A stretch of DNA of 62,867 bases, the filler included, from Bipalium vagum (Eukaryota), in NCBI GenBank assembly GCA_037834085.1. It is 3 parts of 3 records of this genome, joined end to end, with 100 filler letters (N's around TTAATTAATTAA, not from the genome) between each part and the next. Parts side by side here need not be neighbours in the genome. Positions count along the whole stretch, not along the records: positions 40,689 to 62,867 come from JBBMKC010225884.1; 2 more parts are not named here. One strand, given 5' to 3'. The notes under the pieces were generated by a model. It made no database searches, was not told where the DNA came from, and worked only from the letters and a program-made list of their open reading frames with translations. Made by a program: the position numbers and the translations under genes. This document shows positions 53,401 through 62,867 of this stretch, one piece after another (the stretch's first letter is position 1; every line of letters starts with the position of its first letter).

Positions 53401-53639
53401 TTCTTCAACAAAAAAATAATAATTTTTCCCTTCTCAATAATAAAAAGAAAATTTTCTTCGGAGAAATTCCTTTTCGGAATCATAGCCTTATATAGTCTTA
53501 AAGATTAATCTACGACAGCGATCTACGTTTGAAAGGCTATTTACTCTAATAGGCCATTAATATCGAGATAATATAATAATAAATGACCAATAATAAAAAT
53601 AATTATATCCCGCCGTCGGGATATAATCGTTTTTAAGGG

Positions 53640-54313
53640 GCAGTGCACTGGTAAGGATTATGACAATGTCAAACGATCTGCTGTCTTTCAAGGTCCTGAA
53701 AGGAAACATGATTTCTGATGAATACATTAAGCTTCTGTTAAAAAGTGCTTAAATTATAAAAAAAATACAATTAAATTATATAGCAAATTTTTGGTTCTAG
53801 TAGAATAATTTTTAGGTGTAAAAAAGTAAGAAAGTGTAGGAATTCATGAAGAAATCAGGTATATCAGTATCTGAATATTGTTGAGGACTGTTGGAAAACA
53901 ATATCAGATCTGGTCTATGAGTGAAACCAGTTCAATGATAAGGATGGTTTAGTTGAAAAATTTTTTGCTGTCATAAATCGTCTTAAGGTCAACAAGCAAT
54001 ACAAAGTTATTGATTTATACAAGTCAATTAGACGTCACTTATGTACAGTATTAGAAAACCATGGTGATCTGTATAATCATTAGATTTTTCCTATAAATAA
54101 ATAGATGTGTCAAAAGATTTAATCTTTTTCATTGACTATTTTCATGATTTTAAAAAGATTGAGTTTAGTGTAAAACAATGTTGGAAACCCGCTTTTATAT
54201 TCTAAGATTTATTACCTTTAACTCGTTTAGTAACCAATTTTAATAATTATTCGAACTTAAGTTTCTTAGATTTATATATCACAGGTGTGTCAGAAAACTT
54301 AACCATCAGCATA
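53640..54313 (+). mobile_element. Tc1 3' remnant, same family as 7845-10251
   Basis: Shared segments such as gtaggaattcatgaagaaat and ttggaaaccc; TIR-like end 54285-54313. Confidence 0.75.
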
Positions 54314-55789
54314 GAATAATAATAATAATAGGTTTTATCTACTGGATTTTGTATTGAATAATAGATTTATTACTTTATCTGATTCCTAATATATTTTGGT
54401 GATAGTAGTGTTCCAATCACAGATCTTTTTCCAATAAAATTTTTAATAGAATTGTAACAACAATGAAGTTTTAAAATGTATTTTTATAATGATAAATATT
54501 TTTTTTATTTATTGATTGATTTTATTTTATTTTTATTTTTTATTAAACTCAATCTGCACTATGAATTATACAGACGCCCTCAAGTGAAAATAACAGATCT
54601 GTTAATATTCCAATAAATATTAACCAGCAAAATTTTATCCTGACTCCAAATTACAAAATAATGGTTCGTTTTAATCAATTTATTCACCACAAAAAATTCA
54701 CTTAACAATAATATCAATTTGATTCTATTCGTTTTTGTCCTTGTTCTTGTTTGATTCACTGTCTTGTTTTTCGCTCGTTTCTGTTCTCTGTTTAACTCCA
54801 TACTTTTGTTTTGTTCAATTTTATTCTAACTGCGGAGAATCTGACAGTTGCTTATATACTCTCCAAATTTCTTACTAAAACAAAAATAAAACAAAAATAA
54901 AATAAAATAAAATAAAAATAAACTGACAAAAAAAATGACAATAAACTGCTTCCAATGCTTTTTATACTGATCAAGCGATTACTCAGTCGTAGACCAGTAT
55001 TCTCAATGGGAATGCCAATTCCTTTTAAGGCACTAAAACGTAAATCGGTTCCTAATCACGGACCCTTATCTAATCTTGGTAATTCGACATTGGTCGTTGT
55101 TAAGATTAGATCATTTTTATTTTATTATAAACTTTGCCTTTTATAACTATTATTCCGTCTCTGTCCCTTTTTCAGTCTTTCTAATTAATTAATTAATATA
55201 ATATTCATCCTAGATCCTTTAGCAGTCTTCAAAATATAATCTAAAAGGATTAAAGGGATAACCAAACTGAACTTAGAATATTATTTTTCCTTTAGTTTAA
55301 AGTTTTTATCTTTTAAACTAATCAGTTGTGGTGTGAACATTTTTTATTGCATTTATTATAATATTTATTTATTTTTAAGCATGTTACATGCCCTATTGTG
55401 ATCAGTCGATTAAAATGCTTTTGATTCTGATAATGTGCAATATTTTAAGCTACCTCAAAAAATAAAAATACAACCCAAGTCACCATCGGCAGTAACTATT
55501 TAGTTTTTTCATGTTTTAAATAAAAATTGTGGCAGAACATAACTAGTCTGCTATAGATTTTTTGTAACTATGGAGACTGGTTGAAAATAATATTTTAAAT
55601 CAATCAAATCATGTTAAAAATGATAACCAAACAAAAATATAATTTAAAATCCGAATCTAATTCAAGATACCAAATATTGAGGCATGAAGGAGATTACATA
55701 GAAGGGAAAGCTGTGGATTGACTTGATAATGAAAGACCAATGAAACCTTGTAATCGTTTTTAAAGAGAAACGAAAAAACGGACCACGGG

Positions 55790-56979
55790 TCAATTTTTTT
55801 TATTGATCAAAAACGGGAAATTTTTGGTAATATTATCACTCAATTTTTTCGTAATAGCTTCCTCATCGCTATCCGATCCGGTTGAGCGAACGGTCGCCAA
55901 TGGTTTCCGGTACCGTTTTTTGGGATTGAGAAACGTCTCGTATAGATCACGTTTTCGTTTTCGGTACTCTTTGATTTTCGTGATAATTTCTATCTGTTTC
56001 TCCTTGTCAATGGTTCTGCATGATTGTACCTGTACCACGGGAACCAAACTCAGTTATAACACGAGTTTGACCAAATGCAAAAAACATGTACCTGAGCATC
56101 CGTAAGAGGAACCATGGTGAACGGGTTCTCTTTGGCACTGCCAACAGGCTTTGTACTCCAGAAATGCGTCAGTGTTTCCTGATTTGTGTATTTGCCGCAT
56201 GGAAGTTTGACGGGATTGGTTAATGGTTGAAAAGTCAATGGGTCCAGACAATCGTCGGGATAAGTGTCACAGTGATGTTGATCCTCTGAAAATGGTACAA
56301 AATAGCGTCAAGTACGATTGATCTCTCACCGATTTCATCTTGTTCCACGGTCATCGGGTTGGGCTCTGTCTTGTGCTCCACTAACGCCATTAGTTTCCGT
56401 TTTTTCGGAATATATAATCGCAAGCAACTGAGGCACGGAAGCGATGTGTCCTTCATCGATATTATTTCCAGCAGAACAAGATGAACGCTGGTACGACGGA
56501 TGATATTGTAAATACACTGATCGGCATCGCTCCTATCGTATTGGGAGACGATATTTATTTCCACGACCTGGGATTGTGGTGATTTTGATAAATCAATTAA
56601 CAAATCTGGCTGAAAATGAAATACATATATTGATTTTATAAAGCCAATACAAAAATACTTTATTTAATTTAAACTGATTAATTATAGTTTTAAAGTTTTC
56701 ATTATTTACAATGTCTGAAAAGAGATTTCTACAAACCAACCTGACTGACATTTTCTTAATCATATGTCTATTATAAGACGGTTGGAAAGTTATTTTATTC
56801 ACTTTATATGTAAAAGGCCAAGTGACTAAAATATAAACCGGTGGTGTCACAAAAGATTGGGCTAGAAACCCACTTTCTGAGGTTTCACTTTTCATTAATA
56901 ACTGAGAAATATCTTTATTTTCAGAAGATGGGTGACTGCAAAATATTTGAGTACCAAATTCTGATTTACAAATATTCAT
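55790..56979 (-). CDS. UBOX5: UBOX5/RNF37-like U-box protein; exons 56979-56659, 56609-56330, 56285-56092, 56029-55790
   Basis: N-terminus MNIC..GFLAQSFVTPPVYILVTWPF; U-box YPDDCLDPLTFQPLTNPVKLPCGK..NPFT; short GT-AG introns with matching phases (last acceptor less sure). Confidence 0.8.
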
Positions 56980-58640
56980 TAATTTAAAAATTTAGCCCTA
57001 AATTATTTAAAAATTTGACCTATTCAATTATTTATTTAAACAAAAATATAAATACAGAATGATTATTTAGTTTCATTAAACAAATTAAGTTCGTTTTATT
57101 TAATGGACAATAAACCATAAAAATATTTGCATTTTTAACATTTACTTTATTTCTTGTTATTTATTTGAAAACTTTATCTTTATAAATATTTTCATTTATT
57201 ATACATTTTATTTAATATTAAAGTAAACTTTACTAATTAAAATATGTTTATAACTATATTCGTTGACAATTAGATATAGATTTAGAGTTTCAATATATAT
57301 AAATGCTATCCAAAGATCCAACAAATATTATCACTGTCTTTATAATTCTGTTGAATGGGCATAAGGTGAAAGAAAATTTCCGCCTAAATGAACATGCACA
57401 TAATAACCGGGAATACATTTAAAAACAAAAACCAAAAATTATGATGACTAAAATTAAAAGCTAACCTGATTCTACGTAATGTTGATAATATAATTAGAAA
57501 ACAATTGTCATAAAGATTATAATTAACAATGAAGCACCATAAACGTGTGGAAAATCATTTAATTCAGGAATCACGGTTAAAAGTTTTGATTGAAAGAATG
57601 AAATAAGTGCTAAATTTATTAGTATAAAAAGATTTATTAACTTCAACTTATATAACACGTCAAAATATTCTAAGTAGTTTCTATTAATATTTTTTGATTT
57701 TTAGTTATCTCATCACCAATTGTGAAAAAACAAAAAACAAAAGATGTCACGGAAACATTATTTGATAAAAATTTTCAGTTTATTATTATTTTATCAATAA
57801 CTTCTAAATGAGTATTATTCTTTAAAATGATTAAATTTTAGTAAAATATGAAAATTATTTCTTATTTAAATCTACGTTATTTTACTTTTTTTATTGAATG
57901 TCGATTTTTTCTTTAATAATAAAATTATTTTTTTAAATTAAATTCGTTAAGAAAAAATAACTAAATATATTTTGAACAAAATATCCCGATTTAATAGAAC
58001 AATTATTTTGAATTTAACAAAATCATTGATTTTTTAAGTTGAGTCGGCTAACTTAGGTTTCATTATACTAATACAGTTAATCGTAAAATAGTACCCATGA
58101 TTTTTTTCTTATTTTCCTAGTTTTAAATAACCTTTCTTCACCATATTTATTATTTAAATTATTAATGTTATCCACATACTGATTAACCACCTGTATACTT
58201 ACATTGATTTTTCTTTTCATAACAATTTTCCTAAATATCAGAAAATTACTGCAATTCAATTGTGGCGAGATTAAATTTAAAATCAAATTTCAACTTTGAA
58301 TTGAATTAACCATAACGTTATAATTGATAAATTTTTTTGAAAACAAAAAACTGGTTATAGAATAATTATTTAAGTTCAGTAGATAAAAATCACATTCAAT
58401 AGCATATTAAAATCGATATCTAAAATTTTAAAAATCAATAAACATTTTCATTAAATCTCTTACGGGAATCAAATAATTTTTATTGAAAGTAGATAAAAAC
58501 AAAAATAGCACAGACCAAATCGTTTACTCCTTCATTTCTCTTCGTATACTTAAAAAATTACAATAAAAAAGGAAAACAAAATCCGCTTTTATTTTTATTA
58601 TAACTATTAACATTTTCTGAAACATCCGTTTCCAACGAAT

Positions 58641-60808
58641 TCAGTGCTTGTCTTCTTTTTTTTCTGAATCGCCTCCTGCACCACTCGTTCCTCCTTCGGT
58701 TCCCGATGACCCACTGGATGAATCGGAAGATGATGAACTTGATCTTCCGCTGGATTCTCTTTCAGAAGCCATCTAAAAATTATTGAAATTAATACAATTT
58801 AATAATTATTTATATTATTGATTTAATTTAAATGATTTTCTTAATATTATAATATTAAATCAATCAATAAAATACTTTTTTGTATGCCATTTCGAAAAGC
58901 TTCAACGACGACTGCTGCAACTCATTAGTAGCAGCCTTGATCGATTCCGCGGTCTCGTTTTCCTTGTTTGACAACCGTTCTCGGACTTTACCAATCAAAT
59001 CCCTCAATTTTTCACACTCTTCACCAGGCAACTGGCTCTTGAATTCGTCCATTTTTGATTCTGTGTCGTGCACAATTCCTTCGGCCTGGTTGATAGCCTC
59101 GACCAAGTCCTTTTTCTTGCGATCGGCCTCGGCGTTCTCCTCCGCTCGACGAATCATATTCTCAATCTCATCTTTGCTCAGGCCACCGCTGCTCTGAATC
59201 ACAATCTGCTGTTCTTTCCCGGTTCCTTTGTCACGCGCCGATACATTGACAATACCATTGGCATCAATGTCGAACGTCACCTCAATTTGCGGAATGCCGC
59301 GTGGTGCCGGTGGAATGCCAACTAATGAGAACTGACCCAACAATTTGTTGTCGATCGCCATTTCCCGCTCGCCCTGATGGACCTTGATCTCGACCTGGGT
59401 CTGACCGTCAGCCGCTGTCGAGAAAACCTGGGACTTTTTCGTAGGGATTGTCGTGTTGCGGTTTATGAGTTTCGTGAACACTCCCCCCAACGTTTCAATA
59501 CCCAACGACAGAGGCGTAACGTCGAGCAACAGAACATCGGTGACGTCGCCGGCTAAAACTCCACCCTGAATAGCTGCTCCCATGGCAACGGCTTCGTCAG
59601 GATTGACGCTCTTACTCGGAACGCGACCGAACAGTTTCTGCACCGTTTCCTGGACCTTGGGCATCCTGGTCATGCCACCAACTAGAATGACCTCCTTGAT
59701 GTCGGACACTTTGACCTCAGCGTCCTTGATGGCTTTCTCGCAAGGACCGATGGTCCGCTTGATCAAGTGCTCTACCATCTGCTCAAGTTTCGATCGAGAC
59801 AGCTTCACATGCAAATGTTTGGGCCCAGCGTTGTCCATGGTCAAGTAGGGCAGGTTTATATCGGTCTGGACGGCGGAGGACAATTCAATCTTGGCCTTTT
59901 CGGACGCTTCGCGAACGCGTTGAAGAGCCATTTGATCCTTGGCGATATCCACACCCTGATCGCGCTTGAACTCATTGACGATGTGCTGCAACAGAACGTT
60001 ATCGAAGTCCTCGCCGCCCAGGAAAGTGTCACCACTGGTGGATTTGACCTCGAACACGCCCTTTTGAATTTCAAGGATCGATACATCGAACGTGCCACCT
60101 CCGAGATCAAAGACACCGATTATTTTGTCCTCGGCCTTGTCCAAGCCATAGGCCAGAGCAGCAGCCGTTGGTTCGTTAATGACGCGCAGTACGTTTAACC
60201 CAGCAATCTGACCAGCGTCTTTCGTTGCTTGGCGTTGGGAATCATTAAAATAGGCTGGAACAGTGATGACTGCATTCTTGACGGAGGTTCCCAGAAAGCT
60301 TTCAGCTGTTTCTTTCATTTTAATCAATACAAACGCTCCGATTTGGCTGGGAGAATACATTTTCTTTTGTGCTTCGACCCAGGCATCACCGTTGGAAGCT
60401 TTTACGATTTTATATGAGACGTTTTTCATGTCTTTCTGGACTTCTGGTTCATCAAATCGTCGACCGATCAATCTCTTGGTAGCGTGGAGGGTATTTGATG
60501 AATTTATAACGGCTTGGCGTTTAGCAGGTGCTCCAACCAGTCTTTCACCGTCATTTGTGAATGCAACCACAGATGGTGTTGTTCTGGCACCTTCAGAATT
60601 CTCCAATACTTTTGGAGTTTTCCCATCCATAACACAAACACAAGAATTTGTTGTGCCAAGATCAATTCCAATGACATGACCTTTGACTTTGTCACCGTAA
60701 AGTCTGACATTCTTTACAATATAAAAAAGAAACTTGAGAGAAATTTGACAACCAAATGTTTACCTTTAAATAATCAAAAAGTATATTCTGACGAAATAGT
60801 TTGAACAT
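58641..60808 (-). CDS. HSPA9: Mitochondrial HSP70 (mortalin), 670 aa; exons 60808-60764, 60711-58876, 58772-58641
   Basis: [39 protein letters not shown]; short basic presequence [12 protein letters not shown]; no EEVD; phase-0 GT-AG introns. Confidence 0.96.
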
Positions 60809-61859
60809 TTTCAACTAGTTTTCTAGAAATGGAAAAACAAACTACGTGTTTAAACAATCCAATAAATATTCATTATTAATGAAGTATTTTTAATTTTAAA
60901 ATTTATTACATTTTAATTTTTATTAAAATAAATTGATAATTATTTTTTCATTAATTACATAACAAAAAATATTAAATAATTACGTAATAAATTTATAAAT
61001 GAATTTAAAATTTTGAAAATGATACTCATATTTTAACAAATTAGCTTAAAGCTATAAAATATTAAATTAAAAATGTAATTTTTTCAATTTTTAGATTAAT
61101 AGATATTAAATAAAATATTCTGAGATAAATAATCACAAAAATAGAAATAATTAGATTTATTGCACTACTTTTATTTAAAATCAAATTCATCCCCTCATGT
61201 AAAGTTGTAATTAATAATTTGAACTTCATTGTGAATTCTTGTTAATTTAATAAATTGTTATTTATACAGTCTTATTTCATTTAAATCATCATGAGTAAAT
61301 AATTTTTGAATATTTTTTAGTATCAATGAATTATTATCACTTTTTCCATTTTATTCATTTCATCATATTACTTTAGTTAAATATTAAATTTTTAGAATAA
61401 TTTTGGTACAAATTATTAACCAAACTTTCTCTGACTCCCATGAATTTAAAGAGTTATCAAACTAACATTTAAATAACAAATTCAAACTAGGTATATGCTT
61501 AAGTTAAATAATATAAATAAATAATAAATAATAGTATAATAGAAAAAGTTGTAAGAATGAAGTAGCACATTTTGTAAATAGAATAAAAAATTCTAAAATG
61601 TCCCATCAGATATTTTATTAAAAGAATATTAATTTTTATTTTATATATCTTTCATTCAGTTTTTACATTAAATGATCTTCGAATAAAAATATCACGTGAT
61701 AAATAATAAAAATTTTCAATTAATAAATAATTAAGATTAGAAGCTAAGGAATTTTAATTCATATATTATTTATATTTTAAATTATATTAACTGAATGTGT
61801 ATAATTGGAATCATCATTTTTGAAGAGCTTATGCATGGATGATGCCGGTAAAGTCAGTA

Positions 61860-62300
61860 ACTCCGAGCTAGCTACTAGAATCAGGATTGTGAAGCCTTAA
61901 TTCAAATCTTAAAAAATCTACAAATCTAATTTGTTTTTATAAATGAATGAAATATATTTTTCATCTTTTTTTGGATTTAAATTGTTTAAGTTGTTAGAAT
62001 TTCCAGTATCTTTATTTAAATGAATTTCTTCTTCAAAACCATTTATTCTTAGATAAAAATCATAACCTAATTCATTATGAAACTCTAATGGAATGAAATT
62101 TAAAAAAGAATCTTAAAGATTACAATTTATATAACCAGGTCCTCTATAACCATCATTTTTATGATCATAATCAACTAGTTTATTTCCTTTATTATTAAAT
62201 TCTTTTTCACATAAAAGACCAATTTATTTTTATTAAGTTTTTCGTTTCCTTCTTTTGTTAAGTTACAAAATATCTGTTTTTATTTTTTTCAAAAAATAAT
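61860..62300 (-). mobile_element. Polinton/Maverick DNA polymerase B fragment
   Basis: LCEKEF..LVDYDHKNDGYRGPGYINCNL followed by FIPLEFHNELGYD (DHxHxxGxYRG..CNL..FHNxxGYD pattern). Confidence 0.65.
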
Positions 62301-62867
62301 GTTGACCTATTATTATTTATTTAAAAAAATTTTGAAACGTTCTTCCTTTACAAAAGTATTTCTAGTTTATATTTAATTAAAATAATCGGAAATATGTTTG
62401 GATTAGCGTAGAATAAAGGGGTAATATAATAATCATAATCACAATAATAAAAATAAAATAACAATAATAATACAGACGAAGCGGTGAAATTGGCCACCAG
62501 TTTACAATAGGAAAATTTTCAGAAAAAGGAAAAAGTCCTACCATTAATATAGAACAAAACTCTTTTTACATTGGCCAGATTTGTGAAGTATACATTGGTG
62601 TGCTTCAATTTTTAATTATGTAATTGCAAATTCAGAATTATCAATGCCATTTTGTGACATGGACAGAAAATTGTCGATTTCTTTCGGTATATAAACCAAT
62701 GTAAAGTGCCACAAAATTTTAAATACATTCTAAAATTTTAAACCAAAACTTTTAAAATAATTTTAAATATACCGGGTGCGTCGTATAATTGCGGAAATAA
62801 ATGCACAAATATAAAAATTAAATTTATGAAGTAAAATTTTATTGAGAACTAAATATGAACATATATT

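Noticed and set aside
59068-60804. Several plus-strand ORFs over HSPA9, and overlapping ORFs over STAG
   Set aside because: Antisense or alternative-frame shadows of GC-rich coding exons.
1-62867. tRNA, rRNA, spliced-leader RNA, CRISPR arrays
   Set aside because: None recognised by eye; eukaryotic sequence with no repeat-spacer pattern.

Overview
Very AT-rich, intron-containing animal genomic DNA; composition, short introns and transposon content fit a triclad flatworm (inference). Two 100-nt scaffold gaps (16851-16950, 40589-40688). Host genes with frame-consistent GT-AG models: a SAXO-like microtubule-inner protein (-), the first four exons of an SLC4 bicarbonate transporter (-; the rest is not found in the window), cohesin SA/STAG (+, 6 exons, ~1316 aa), UBOX5-like U-box protein (-) and mitochondrial HSP70 (-, 670 aa). 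A less certain plus-strand gene starts with an RNF115/126-type zinc ribbon. Most of the rest is decayed mobile DNA: many mariner, Tc1 and DD37D copies and MITEs, a miniature LTR element with a 5-bp TSD, Polinton fragments, an R2-type retrotransposon outside rDNA, and a Ty3/gypsy element. Best leads: (1) an HDV-like ribozyme core at the 5' end of the ectopic R2, whose P1 strand is complementary to 28S rRNA; (2) a gypsy element carrying a chuvirus-type glycoprotein env; (3) a GC-rich, strongly base-paired block in the last STAG intron that overlaps a candidate cassette exon with a hairpin-sequestered donor.
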